Source: an uncultured Bacteroidota bacterium
GTDB lineage: Bacteria; Bacteroidota; Bacteroidia; Bacteroidales; UBA12481
Assembly: GCA_942493265.1 (NCBI GenBank)
Contig: OW818688.1
Coordinates: 5,266,625 to 5,330,624 of the forward strand
Reading direction: 5' to 3'
DNA length: 64,000 nucleotides
Each line of letters starts with the position of its first letter. Positions within the stretch are counted from its first letter, which is position 1. Position numbers and translations under genes: made by a program. The notes beneath the pieces were generated by a model. That model was given only the letters and a program-made list of their open reading frames with translations, ran no database searches and had not been told where the DNA came from. This document shows positions 10,511 through 21,033 of this stretch, one piece after another.

Positions 10511-12379
10511 ATGAAAAATCAAAGGCTAATATTCTCATGCCTGGTCCTGCTGGCTTTTTTGCTCACCGGATGTGAAGAGAAGCCCATCATCATTGATCCC
10601 GGAAAAACCATGAAGGATCTGGTTGTACCCGCCGGGTTTACTTTTAATATGACAAAATCCATCCGGCTGTCGGTGCTTCTGCCGTCTACCGTGAGTTATT
10701 CAACCACCAACCGGATCATTGAGATCTGGGATGCAAACACAGACGGACGACCGGGAAAACTCATTAAAAAAGGAGCTTCGGATCATACGGGAAAATATGA
10801 AGCCGATATTTTAATGGCCGTTCCAACCCGGAAAATTTTCACCAGAACCTTTGCCGGCTGGCGTACCGTGGCCCTTCCGGAACCCGCTGCAGGATCCGCT
10901 ACAGAGACCATAACGGTTGATTATAATATCGGCTACGGCGATGCGCCTCCGAAACCGGAGATGACCAGCCAGGGAACATCCGGAATCAGAGTGAATTCAA
11001 TACCGGCAACCCACAAATCCGGCATCGAAAACCGGTTGCAAAACGGAGATTTCTCCGTTCACCAATTCGGAAAAATTGATTTATGGTCATCACCCATTGA
11101 AACAGATAGCTTTTGGTATGCCACGGATGCAGCCGGGAGTTTCGGATCCATTATCAGTGAAGAAGGGAACAGCTTTGCCCGGATCAACAGTGTAAATTAT
11201 TCAGCGGGAGGTTTCACCCAGAGCATCCAAGCCTCCCCCGGACAGGTCGTTTCATTCTCGGGAGATGCACGGGGCTTCGACAGTCAGCAGGATATCTACC
11301 TCTTCCTCATTCCCCGCGACCAGAGCGGCGAGCCGATTAACGCGCTCTCCTTTAACCTGGTTAATCCGGGCAATACCTGGACCAACGGAACCGTTTCGGG
11401 ATCAATGCCTGAAGGTACAGTTACCTGCCAGATACTATTTTATAAGCGGTCAACTGGCATTGTTGATTTCGATAATGCGGTTGTTTCGGTAAACGAGATT
11501 AACGGCGATACTGATCAGGATGGGATTATGGATTCCGAAGATATCTATCCTGACAATCCTGCCCGGGCATTCGATGATTTCTATCCGGCAATGGATAAAC
11601 CCGGAACATTTGCTTTTGAGGATACCTGGCCGGCCACTGATGATTATGATTATAATGATCTCATTGTTGATTATCAGATAAAAAGAGTCATCAACGGTCA
11701 AAACCAGATTATTGAAATCGACATGATTTATCAGGTAAGAGCAATCGGATCAGGCATTAAGGATGGATTCGGATTTCAGATATACATCTCACCCGATCTG
11801 ATATCCGCCTGTGAATCCGATTTTGAATTTCAGCACGATGCGATCCTGCTGAATGAAAACGGAACAGAAAAAGGCCAGTCCCTGGCTACTTTTATCCTTT
11901 TTGCCGATGCCAATACCACGTTTACCCATGTGCAGGAAGGAAGCCCGACGATTAATACCACTCTCGGCTACTATTTTGTTGTGCCGTTGGAGTATACTTT
12001 CAGGATATTCCTCAAAGAGCCGATCGATGCAGCCCGCGTGGGTAACGACCAGTTAAACCCGTTTCTTTTCAGAACATCCGAAAGATCCCGCGAGGTTCAT
12101 CTCACCGGTTATCCACCTACCGATCTGATCAATCCGCAGCTGCCCGGAGCGGGGGATGATGTATCCTCCCCGGCATCAGGCATTTATTATCAAACGAAAA
12201 ATGGCATACCCTGGGCGCTGAGCCTGCCGGTTCAATTTGATTACCCCATTGAAAAAACGGACCTGTTAAAGGCACACCTGTTTTTTGCCAGCTGGGCCGC
12301 AGCTTCCGGAACAAAAAGCCAGGACTGGTATCTTGATCAGACCGGCTACCGAAACTGGGATCTGGTTTACCGCTGGTAG
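10511..12379 (+). CDS. LruC/DUF4842-domain lipoprotein
   Basis: Lipobox LTGC; AFEDTWPATDDYDYNDLIV and PWALSLP...YPIEK motifs; central CBM-like region and a DxDxDG Ca-binding loop. Confidence 0.75.
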   Translation: MKNQRLIFSCLVLLAFLLTGCEEKPIIIDPGKTMKDLVVPAGFTFNMTKSIRLSVLLPSTVSYSTTNRIIEIWDANTDGRPGKLIKKGASDHTGKYEADILMAVPTRKIFTRTFAGWRTVALPEPAAGSATETITVDYNIGYGDAPPKPEMTSQGTSGIRVNSIPATHKSGIENRLQNGDFSVHQFGKIDLWSSPIETDSFWYATDAAGSFGSIISEEGNSFARINSVNYSAGGFTQSIQASPGQVVSFSGDARGFDSQQDIYLFLIPRDQSGEPINALSFNLVNPGNTWTNGTVSGSMPEGTVTCQILFYKRSTGIVDFDNAVVSVNEINGDTDQDGIMDSEDIYPDNPARAFDDFYPAMDKPGTFAFEDTWPATDDYDYNDLIVDYQIKRVINGQNQIIEIDMIYQVRAIGSGIKDGFGFQIYISPDLISACESDFEFQHDAILLNENGTEKGQSLATFILFADANTTFTHVQEGSPTINTTLGYYFVVPLEYTFRIFLKEPIDAARVGNDQLNPFLFRTSERSREVHLTGYPPTDLINPQLPGAGDDVSSPASGIYYQTKNGIPWALSLPVQFDYPIEKTDLLKAHLFFASWAAASGTKSQDWYLDQTGYRNWDLVYRW

Positions 12380-12438
12380 TTGGAACTTTCAGTGAACATT
12401 TTCAGAAAGTAAAATAAGTCACTCAAATACTTTTAATA

Positions 12439-12942
12439 ATGAAAACAATTTCATTAAAATTGATCGGCATTACGCTTGCCTTATTAGGCACTTCATGTGG
12501 GGATCAAATTGAGGATCAGTCTGTTCTTGTGATTAAAAACAGTACATCCGAAGCTTTTGTGTTGGTACTTTACCCAAATGCCCAATATAAATATGGGGCT
12601 ACATTATATCAAAATTCAGATTTTGGCGGATCCTATTGCGATATGACTCTGGAACTTGCGCCAAATGAGTCCAAGGCTATATTTATTGCGGACCAGCCTG
12701 ATTTTCAGCCGCAAACTCTTGTATCAAATGTTTTTGATAGTATTCAGATCAGGCCTGTCCATCAGAATCAGGCAACTATATGGTTTTCCCCGGAAAGTGT
12801 CGTTGGATATCCGCTGAATATATTTAAGGATAGCTCTGCTTGGAAATATGCAGATCAGAGGATTGTACTTAACATGTCATTATCAAGAAGAATCGTTGAC
12901 TCTCATGAGCACACTCTTGATATCCAAAGCCTTTTATTTTGA
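12439..12942 (+). CDS. Hypothetical lipoprotein
   Basis: Lipobox GTSC; visibly more AT-rich than neighbours. Confidence 0.65.
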   Translation: MKTISLKLIGITLALLGTSCGDQIEDQSVLVIKNSTSEAFVLVLYPNAQYKYGATLYQNSDFGGSYCDMTLELAPNESKAIFIADQPDFQPQTLVSNVFDSIQIRPVHQNQATIWFSPESVVGYPLNIFKDSSAWKYADQRIVLNMSLSRRIVDSHEHTLDIQSLLF

Positions 12943-12983
12943 GTGTCAATCACCCAAGTTATTGTGTTACTGTTGTCAGGTAT

Positions 12984-13024
12984 AAAAAAAGAGGCTGCCC
13001 TTTTGAGACAGCCTCTTTCTTTTT
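12984..13024. terminator. Bidirectional intrinsic terminator
   Basis: A7-GAGGCTG-N11-CAGCCTC-TTTCTTTTT between convergent genes. Confidence 0.85.
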
Positions 13025-13037
13025 ATCATTCAGATTC

Positions 13038-15905
13038 TTAATCCTCGTATTCTTCCAGTCCCTTGCAGGAGCATATCAGGTTCCGGTCGCCATAGGCATT
13101 ATCAATTTTGCCAACATAAGGCCAGAATTTGTTTTCTGCGATCCAGGGCAGTGGAAAAGCAGCCTTGAGCCGGCCATATGGGTGACTCCAGGTGTCGTCG
13201 CCAATATGTACAGCCGTATGAGGTGCATTTTTGAGAACATTATTCTCAGCATGGGTAATTCCCATCTCCACATCACTGATCTCAAAAAGGATGGATATCA
13301 GCGATTCTGCAAAACGGTCAAGCTCCTGTTTGGATTCGCTCTCGGTAGGTTCGATCATCAGGGTTTCATGAACCGGGAAAGAGAGCGTTGGTGCATGGAA
13401 ACCGTAATCCATCAAACGGCGGGCGATATCGCCGGTTTCAATGCCCGTTTGTGCCTTGAAATTCCTGCAGTCTAAAATACACTCATGAGCAACACGTCCG
13501 TTTGCTCCGGTATAAAGGACCTCATAATGCCCTTTCAGACAGGCCACCAGATAGTTGGCATTCAGGATGGCCATTTCAGTGGCTGCCTTTAATCCTTCAC
13601 CACCCAGCATCTGAACATAAGCATGTGAGATAGTCAGTACCAGCGCACTTCCATAGGGAGCAGCCGAAACAACGCCTCCTTTTTCACCACCCACTTTAAT
13701 AACGGGATGTGAGGGAAGGAATTCCACGAGATGTTGTGCAACACCGATCGGACCCACTCCGGGGCCTCCTCCTCCATGAGGTATAGCAAAAGTTTTATGC
13801 AGGTTAAGGTGACAAACATCAGCACCGATCAGTGCCGGCTTGGTCAGTCCTACCTGTGCATTCATATTGGCACCGTCCATATAAACCAGTCCGCCATGCG
13901 AATGGATAATATCGGCCATGGTTTTAATTTCGGTTTCGAAAACCCCATGGGTAGATGGGTAGGTGATCATGAAAGCGGAAAGGTTTGCAGAATGCTCCTC
14001 AGCCTTTAATTTCAGATCCTCAATATCAACGTTACCGTTTTCATCACACTTAACAACCACTACTTTGCTTCCTGCCATTACAGCGCTTGCCGGATTGGTA
14101 CCGTGTGCCGAAGCGGGTATCAGAACAATATTCCGATGGCTTTCACCACGATTCCGGTGATAACCTTCAATCACCATCAACCCGGCATATTCGCCTGAAG
14201 CGCCGGAGTTTGGCTGGAATGAGATCGCCGGAAAACCGGTCACCTCCATCAATGCTTGTTCCAGTTCATGGATCAGCTGAGTATAACCTTCAGCCTGGTC
14301 CACCGGAACAAACGGGTGAATGGCGCCAAACTCATCCCACGAAAGGGCAAACATCGAATTGGCGGGATTCAGCTTCATGGTACAGGACCCCAGAGGGATC
14401 ATGGAATGAGTGAGAGAGATATCGCGGCGTTCCAGTTTTTTGATATATCGCATCATCTCCGTTTCCGACTGGTATTTATTGAAGCATGATTCAGTCAGAA
14501 ATTCGCTTGTGCGCGCAAATGCGGGATCAAATCCGGCTGATTCAACCAGGTCCGAAATCAGGTTGGCTTTTTTTCCGGCAGCTTCAGCAAAGAGTTGCAG
14601 AATTAAGTTGACTTCGGCGATATCGGTTAATTCATCCGTTGATAAACCGACGGTTTCATCATCGAAATAACGGAAATTGAAATGGTGCTTGAGAGCTACT
14701 GCTTTGAAATGCTTCAGCGTAACCTTTTCCGGCAGAACGATCCGAAGGGTATCAAAATAGTCCTTATTCTCCTGAACATAACCGTATTGCTGCAGCTCCA
14801 GCTCCAGCGTATGCGCGGCACGGTGTATTTTTCCTGCGATTTCGAGCAGTCCGTCCGGACCATGATAAACGGCGTACATGCCGGCGATAGTTGCCAGCAG
14901 TGCCTGCGCGGTACAGATGTTTGAAGTTGCTTTTTCACGCTTGATATGCTGTTCACGGGTTTGAAGCGCCATCCTGAGTGCCTTATTGCCGTGCATATCC
15001 TGAGAAACACCAATAATTCTACCCGGAATACTTCTTTTTAATTCTTCGCGTGCGGCAAAATAGGCAGCATGCGGACCGCCAAAGCCCATCGGCACCCCAA
15101 AACGCTGGGTGGTGCCAACCACGATATCGGCACCCCATTCGCCCGGAGGTGTCAGCAATACCAGTGAAAATAAATCACTTACAGCAGTATACAGTCCGCC
15201 AAGCTCATGCATACGCTCGACAGTCTTTTTATAAATCAGCGTTTTGCCATCCCCTGCAGGGTATTGCACGATGATACCAAAAACCTGATCAGAAATGGGG
15301 GTTCTCACAATTTTACAAACTTCCACAACGATCCCCAGCGGTAAGGCCCGGGTTTTGATCACTGCAAGTGTTTGCGGGAAAATATTTTCATCGACCAATA
15401 AAATATTGGCATCGCGCTTTGTCAGATCCCTTGATCTTGCGTTGAACATCAGGATCATGGCTTCGGCTGCTGCGGTGGCTTCATCGAGCAGCGAAGCATT
15501 AGCCAGCGGCATGGCGGTGAGCTCCATTATTAGTGTCTGGAAATTCAGCAAAGCTTCGAGCCTGCCCTGTGAAATCTCGGCCTGATAAGGGGTATAGGAG
15601 GTATACCAGGAGGCATTCTCCAGAATATTGCGTTTGATAACGGCAGGCATTACGGTTCCGTAATAACCCATTCCGATCAGGGTGCGGTATTGCTTGTTCT
15701 TTATTCCGATTTGCTTAATCTTTTTGGCATACTCCTGTTCAGTCAGCCCTGCCGGAAGATTCAACGGTTCTTTCATACGTATCTGGGCAGGGATGACGGA
15801 GGAGATGAACTCTTCCATGGTGGCTGCTCCCACTTTCTCCAGCATTTCCTGAATTTCGTCGGGCCTGGGTCCGATGTGCCTGTAAATGAATTGATCAGTG
15901 ATCAT
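13038..15905 (-). CDS. gcvP: Glycine dehydrogenase (decarboxylating), P protein
   Basis: YTPYQAEISQG, TSNICTAQ, HLNLHKTF (PLP Lys), HGGGGPG and DNAYGDRNL motifs. Confidence 0.97.
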   Translation of the reverse strand: MITDQFIYRHIGPRPDEIQEMLEKVGAATMEEFISSVIPAQIRMKEPLNLPAGLTEQEYAKKIKQIGIKNKQYRTLIGMGYYGTVMPAVIKRNILENASWYTSYTPYQAEISQGRLEALLNFQTLIMELTAMPLANASLLDEATAAAEAMILMFNARSRDLTKRDANILLVDENIFPQTLAVIKTRALPLGIVVEVCKIVRTPISDQVFGIIVQYPAGDGKTLIYKKTVERMHELGGLYTAVSDLFSLVLLTPPGEWGADIVVGTTQRFGVPMGFGGPHAAYFAAREELKRSIPGRIIGVSQDMHGNKALRMALQTREQHIKREKATSNICTAQALLATIAGMYAVYHGPDGLLEIAGKIHRAAHTLELELQQYGYVQENKDYFDTLRIVLPEKVTLKHFKAVALKHHFNFRYFDDETVGLSTDELTDIAEVNLILQLFAEAAGKKANLISDLVESAGFDPAFARTSEFLTESCFNKYQSETEMMRYIKKLERRDISLTHSMIPLGSCTMKLNPANSMFALSWDEFGAIHPFVPVDQAEGYTQLIHELEQALMEVTGFPAISFQPNSGASGEYAGLMVIEGYHRNRGESHRNIVLIPASAHGTNPASAVMAGSKVVVVKCDENGNVDIEDLKLKAEEHSANLSAFMITYPSTHGVFETEIKTMADIIHSHGGLVYMDGANMNAQVGLTKPALIGADVCHLNLHKTFAIPHGGGGPGVGPIGVAQHLVEFLPSHPVIKVGGEKGGVVSAAPYGSALVLTISHAYVQMLGGEGLKAATEMAILNANYLVACLKGHYEVLYTGANGRVAHECILDCRNFKAQTGIETGDIARRLMDYGFHAPTLSFPVHETLMIEPTESESKQELDRFAESLISILFEISDVEMGITHAENNVLKNAPHTAVHIGDDTWSHPYGRLKAAFPLPWIAENKFWPYVGKIDNAYGDRNLICSCKGLEEYED

Positions 15906-16008
15906 ATTTGATAGGTTGTTGTATTACAAATAAAGTTGTTAAAAATAAGAAGAAGAATGATATAATGCAGTATTTGCCTAAATGACGGATTCAGGCGCGG
16001 GCCCGCGT

Positions 16009-16647
16009 TTACAGGTACGGATTGGTCAATCTTTCATGAACAACCGTTGAAGCCGGACCATGACCGGGAAAGACCTTCGTTGCATCGGGCAATACCATCA
16101 GCTTCTCCTGAATGCTGCTGATGATCTGGTCATAATTTCCGCGGGGCAGATCGGTGCGGCCAATCCCTCCGGCAAAAAGTGTGTCGCCCGAAAAAAGCCA
16201 CCCTTCAGATTCTTCCAAAAAGGAGACTCCTCCGGGAGAATGTCCGGGCACATGGATCACCTTAAGTTGGATGGCTCCTGCCGTGATTACATCCCGGTCA
16301 TTGAGAAATCCATCCGGAGCGGGGATGTCCCCTTCAAAATCAAATCCGAAACCCCGGGCCTGGTCGCCTGCATAATGAAGAAAGGCTTCATCCTCCTGAT
16401 GTATAAGATATTGCGGATGCCAGGTATCCTTTACCCATTTCACCCCGAATACATGGTCGAAATGGCCGTGTGTATTCAGCTGATATTCCAGCCTTATGTG
16501 ATTCAGGTCGATAAAATCCTTTAGCTGACTAAACTCTTTCTGATCCATGCAGGATGGATCGATCAGTATCCCGGCCCCATTGGGTTCATATAATAGATAT
16601 GCATTGACCTGGAGGGGATTGAATTGAAAAACCTTAAGTTGAGGCAT
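16009..16647 (-). CDS. MBL-fold metallo-hydrolase (glyoxalase II/YcbL-like)
   Basis: THGHFDH, PGHSPG, GDTLF...GRTD and PGHG motifs. Confidence 0.9.
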   Translation of the reverse strand: MPQLKVFQFNPLQVNAYLLYEPNGAGILIDPSCMDQKEFSQLKDFIDLNHIRLEYQLNTHGHFDHVFGVKWVKDTWHPQYLIHQEDEAFLHYAGDQARGFGFDFEGDIPAPDGFLNDRDVITAGAIQLKVIHVPGHSPGGVSFLEESEGWLFSGDTLFAGGIGRTDLPRGNYDQIISSIQEKLMVLPDATKVFPGHGPASTVVHERLTNPYL

Positions 16648-16649
16648 TC

Positions 16650-19472
16650 CTATCTTTGTGTAGTTTTAATAAATTTCGCGCTGCCAAGGTATTGATTCCC
16701 TGAAAATAATTCAATGATATAAGCCCCGGCAGGCAGCGATGAAACCGTAAGTCTCTGATTTTCCCAGGATTCAATCCGTATCGGCTTTGACCAGCGTCCA
16801 TCTGCAGAAATCAGATAGCCATCCCACGGGGGATTAAAAGAGTAACCAGGCATTGGCTGAACGATCAAATAATCAAAGGAAGGGTTTGGATATACCTGAA
16901 AGGCAGGAGGGCCGGAAGATTCCTGAGGCTGTTTAGCAAAGCGGAAAGCCGACAAATCCGACAGTTCAAAAGCAGCTGAACCCGGATGTAATGCCGGAAT
17001 ATATTCACCCCCGGCCACTGGCTTAAATTGACTCCATTTGTCGAGATTTTCCCGGGCAAGCAGGGTACCCAGTCCGATAAGCAAACTATCAGCCTTTACA
17101 AACCGGCCGGAAATTGAACCCAGGGCTTCCCGAAGCCAGGTTTGATTTTCAGCATCAAATTTCCCCCAAAATGAGACCAGTTTTGCTGATCTCAGCGCAG
17201 CAGGCAACCTCGATACCTGGCTAAGTGACTGATAAACATTTGAATTCTGAATCCAATCGCCGGCTTCCTCCAGGTCTTTTATCTCCTTCAGATATTCCTT
17301 GAGAACACCAAATCCCTGATTGCCTGATATCATAAATCCGGGATCCTCAATTCCCGGATAATTCATGAACCAGTATAATCCATGGTCCGGAGTTCCTGCG
17401 GCTTCAGTATCCCATCCGTTAAATGCCACCATGGGCAACTGTTCTGAATACCAGGCAAAACCACCGGGATTCCATCGTAAAGCAGAAGTTGAGTAATCCT
17501 GGCGGACGGCTGACGGCTTACCATAAGCTGATCCGAAAACCGAATCCGTTACAATGGTCAGATGCAGGTCTACGGTATCAAACCGGTTAAAACGGAACTG
17601 CGGTCCAAGCCTCAGTGATTCTTCATTTTGCTCACTTGCGGCCCATTGGAACAGAACAGAATCAATATCGGGCATTCCATCCATGAATATGGCAGCCGGA
17701 AGGTTCGAGAAATGGTTATTAAACACCGGGGCATTTTCAGGTGACGGATGGCTTAGCACGATGCCGGCCATTTTCCCTCCCCCGTAAACCGACTCAAAAA
17801 GATTCCTGCTCAAGGCAAACCGTTTGGGACTGCCGAGGTTAACACCAATCGAACATCCGCTGTTAAAACGCTGAAGAACAAAACGGTTGTTTTCAATCCA
17901 CTGAACACCGGCAAATTGTGTTTTAACCCCAAACCGGTTGTGTGTAAACAGGTTATCAGTGATATCAATCTTTGCATCAGCATCAGAGGAATACAAATCC
18001 ATACCTATCGTCAGGTTGAGAAACTCCGATTGCGTAACCTCTACCGATGCCCCGTCTGCATAAATTCCGGTCCCCATCCAGTCAGCATCAAACACATAGG
18101 TGCCCGGCTCATTGATAAAATCAACGCCTGTAACCATTATATATGGGATGCCATTCGAACGGATGAAAAAAGCAGGAGTGATGCCTTCCTCATAGTGGTT
18201 CAGCTTGCTGGTTATACTAAATCGGCTGTTTTTTATCAGGATGGAATCGGCGGATCCCGGAAGAAATACAAGCGATTCCTCACAATTCCTGAATACTGAA
18301 TTTTCAAATACGGTTGTTGTCAATCCGGCAGCCAATAAGCCGGTAAGGGCATTTTCGACCATTCCTTCATGATAAACCACAATTCGGGCAGGTGGGCCGG
18401 TTGATTCTTCAACCCGGATACCCAGCCACAGGTCTCCGCACAGGTTTCCGATTGCGCCTCCGTCGATTTCAAGGGATGCGCCGGCTTCAACGGTAATTTT
18501 TGTGTCACCGGGCATAGATAAATATCCGGTGACTTTCAGCACTCCTCCACCCCTGATCACCAAATCCCGGTGAGCATAAACGGTATCCGCAATCAACAGG
18601 GTATCACCACCCTCCACATCCAGTGCAAAACCAGGCACACGATAGCAGCTGTCGTTGATAACCACCTCCGAAATATTGCCATTTCCACCGTTCAGGTAAT
18701 AATGAACCAGATTAAGCTGGCATTCCGAAAGTGCATAACCGTATGAAGGCCAGTAATCCATGATATTGTTTGAGGTGCCTTCAACCGGACAGCCATTATC
18801 CTCGCAGCCGTCACACTGATCACCGGCCGGACCGCCGGTGAAATTATGGCTCAGTCCGAGACAATGGCCCAGCTCATGAATCAGGTTACGCCCGCATTCA
18901 TCAATGGCGATGGGAAATGGTTGCTGCAGATAGTTTTCATAATATCCGCGGACAGCGATATACCCGCGGTCGCCTATATTTCGGGAGTGCCCGCCAATGA
19001 CCGGGTTATTGGCCCCTATAAAAACCGGAAGAGTCTGATATTTTTCCTGATAATCAAGCAGTGTGTCGCCATCGACATATTGGTCGCGCATGTACGGGGC
19101 ATCGATTTCAACGGAGCAATCCCAGGCTTTTGAATCGCGGTGAAAATAAATGGTATCCAAACGAATGCGCACCCGGGTGTCGGCAATAAATGGTGAAGGA
19201 ACAACCGGACTTAATGTATCCAGATTGGCCAGACGGTTGTTTGCCCATTCAACCAAATGGTTCAGGTAATCTACATCCTCCGTGATTGCGCTGTTAAAAT
19301 TTCCATATCCGGCATCATCCTGAAAAACATGAAAAGCAATTCTAAGAGTCCTCACCGGCAACAGCACAGTATCCTGATTTTGGGACTGCACGTGCTGACA
19401 AAACAAAATCAGGACCAGCACGAAAATCCATGCTGAAAATGAAATGGTTGCTGGTCTGTGGGTTTCGGCCAT
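16650..19472 (-). CDS. T9SS-secreted metzincin metalloprotease (M43/pappalysin-like)
   Basis: HELGHCLGLSH zinc motif, NNIMDY Met-turn, C-terminal VYPNPS...LPAGAYIIEL sorting domain. Confidence 0.8.
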   Translation of the reverse strand: MAETHRPATISFSAWIFVLVLILFCQHVQSQNQDTVLLPVRTLRIAFHVFQDDAGYGNFNSAITEDVDYLNHLVEWANNRLANLDTLSPVVPSPFIADTRVRIRLDTIYFHRDSKAWDCSVEIDAPYMRDQYVDGDTLLDYQEKYQTLPVFIGANNPVIGGHSRNIGDRGYIAVRGYYENYLQQPFPIAIDECGRNLIHELGHCLGLSHNFTGGPAGDQCDGCEDNGCPVEGTSNNIMDYWPSYGYALSECQLNLVHYYLNGGNGNISEVVINDSCYRVPGFALDVEGGDTLLIADTVYAHRDLVIRGGGVLKVTGYLSMPGDTKITVEAGASLEIDGGAIGNLCGDLWLGIRVEESTGPPARIVVYHEGMVENALTGLLAAGLTTTVFENSVFRNCEESLVFLPGSADSILIKNSRFSITSKLNHYEEGITPAFFIRSNGIPYIMVTGVDFINEPGTYVFDADWMGTGIYADGASVEVTQSEFLNLTIGMDLYSSDADAKIDITDNLFTHNRFGVKTQFAGVQWIENNRFVLQRFNSGCSIGVNLGSPKRFALSRNLFESVYGGGKMAGIVLSHPSPENAPVFNNHFSNLPAAIFMDGMPDIDSVLFQWAASEQNEESLRLGPQFRFNRFDTVDLHLTIVTDSVFGSAYGKPSAVRQDYSTSALRWNPGGFAWYSEQLPMVAFNGWDTEAAGTPDHGLYWFMNYPGIEDPGFMISGNQGFGVLKEYLKEIKDLEEAGDWIQNSNVYQSLSQVSRLPAALRSAKLVSFWGKFDAENQTWLREALGSISGRFVKADSLLIGLGTLLARENLDKWSQFKPVAGGEYIPALHPGSAAFELSDLSAFRFAKQPQESSGPPAFQVYPNPSFDYLIVQPMPGYSFNPPWDGYLISADGRWSKPIRIESWENQRLTVSSLPAGAYIIELFSGNQYLGSAKFIKTTQR

Positions 19473-19478
19473 TTTTCA

Positions 19479-20123
19479 TTATTCCAATCCGTCCTTCATC
19501 GGGACAAAGGAAAAATTCCCATGAGTTGACAAGGTGTAGGTATCGGCACCTGTGCGCACACATTTGGTCATCACCTGGCTGTCGTGCGGTCCGATCGGGG
19601 CAACGAGGATTCCCCCAACCACAAGCTGTTGTTTCAGCACCTCCGGAATAGCCGGGGCGGCTGCTGTAATCAGAATCCTGTCGAAAGGAGCAAAAGCGGG
19701 AAGTCCCTGATACCCGTCACCCAGGAAAAACTTTATCTGGTATCCGAGTTCCCGGTGAATCACCTGAGCCTGCTGGTATAATTTCCGGATTCTTTCGATG
19801 GTAAAAACGCGCACACCCATTTCAGCAAGGATGGCAGCCTGGTAACCCGAGCCGGTACCCACCTCGAGAACCTTTTGATAACCCTGTAATTCAAGAAGTT
19901 CCGTTTGAAATGCCACCGTGTATGGCTGGGAAATGGTTTGTCCCGATGAAATAGGAAAAGCCTGATCCTGATAGGCGAATTTCAGAAAGGTAGAATCCAT
20001 GAAAGCATGCCGGGGGATTTTAAGCATGGCGTCGATAATCCTCTGGTCATGAATACCTTTACTTTTCACCTGCTCCACCAGTTTCCTTCGCAAACCCTGA
20101 TGCATAAAGCTATCTTCGATCAT
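19479..20123 (-). CDS. pcm: Protein-L-isoaspartate O-methyltransferase
   Basis: GQTISQP, LEVGTGSGYQAA, APFDRILITAA and F-x-FVPM motifs; start at MIEDSF. Confidence 0.95.
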   Translation of the reverse strand: MIEDSFMHQGLRRKLVEQVKSKGIHDQRIIDAMLKIPRHAFMDSTFLKFAYQDQAFPISSGQTISQPYTVAFQTELLELQGYQKVLEVGTGSGYQAAILAEMGVRVFTIERIRKLYQQAQVIHRELGYQIKFFLGDGYQGLPAFAPFDRILITAAAPAIPEVLKQQLVVGGILVAPIGPHDSQVMTKCVRTGADTYTLSTHGNFSFVPMKDGLE

Positions 20124-20134
20124 TACAATTCTGT

Positions 20135-20142
20135 TAACTTTG
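20135..20142 (+). promoter_or_regulatory. -7 promoter box (TAACTTTG)
   Basis: TAnnTTTG 25 bp upstream of ATG 20167. Confidence 0.6.
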
Positions 20143-20166
20143 TGACTTGTATCAAAAAACACAAAT

Positions 20167-21033
20167 ATGATTAAAACATGGATGATTTTACCGGTGATTA
20201 CCCTTGCCGGCATCTTTCTTTCCTGTAATATTATCAATCCTGCCGAAGATAAACCAGCCTATATCAAGGTTGACACCATCCTCGTCAAAGTTACCAATTT
20301 CGATCAGGGATCTGCAAGTCATAAAATGACCTGCGTGAAGTTGAATGTGGCCGGAACCACTCTCGGTTTTTTCGAATTGCCTACCATGACTCCCTGCCTG
20401 ACTACCGGTGAGCAAAGCCTTTATCTTGAGCCGGCATTTGAGCTCAACGGTATCGCAGGTTCACGTGAAGTGTACCCTTTCTTTAAGCCCTATATTGGTA
20501 CAGGGAAAATAGATTTTATACCAGGTGAAGTGATAACAATAACACCTACAACGACTTACAAGCCAGAATGCAAATTCCCCTGGATTGAAGATTTTGAAGA
20601 TGCCGGTGTATCGTTCCTTTATGCAACCTACAGCGACACCGTTTTCGAGAACCAAACTGCCAATGTTCGCGAAGGAAGGTATTCCGGTGCAATCTATCTG
20701 GACTCGAAAAACAGATATTTCGAAGCATACAGCGGAACTGATCTGGAACTTCCCACCACCGGGCTGAAGGTTTTACTTGAGTTTGATTACCAGAGCACTA
20801 CCCTGATGGAATTCGGAATCTACCTGATGGAGGATGGAGCTGCGGTATGGTCCAGCTTACTGTTTATCAGACCAATCGACCATTGGAACCGGATCTATAT
20901 TGATCTTCATACCACGCTGGATGATAACCCGACTGCCGAATTTTTCCGGCCCGGATTAAGGGCGGCCTGGGATTCCACCGGAGTGGCAAAACAGACGATT
21001 CTCATGGACAACCTTAAAGTGATCCATTTTTAA
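20167..21033 (+). CDS. Hypothetical lipoprotein
   Basis: Lipobox FLSC; beta-rich; stop overlaps the next start (TAATG). Confidence 0.7.
   Translation: MIKTWMILPVITLAGIFLSCNIINPAEDKPAYIKVDTILVKVTNFDQGSASHKMTCVKLNVAGTTLGFFELPTMTPCLTTGEQSLYLEPAFELNGIAGSREVYPFFKPYIGTGKIDFIPGEVITITPTTTYKPECKFPWIEDFEDAGVSFLYATYSDTVFENQTANVREGRYSGAIYLDSKNRYFEAYSGTDLELPTTGLKVLLEFDYQSTTLMEFGIYLMEDGAAVWSSLLFIRPIDHWNRIYIDLHTTLDDNPTAEFFRPGLRAAWDSTGVAKQTILMDNLKVIHF

Noticed and set aside
15906-16008. Glycine riboswitch upstream of gcvP; 12-bp palindrome CGCGGGCCCGCG at 15996-16007
   Set aside because: The region is only about 100 bp, AT-rich and has no aptamer-like stems. The palindrome is single and has no loop or U-tract.
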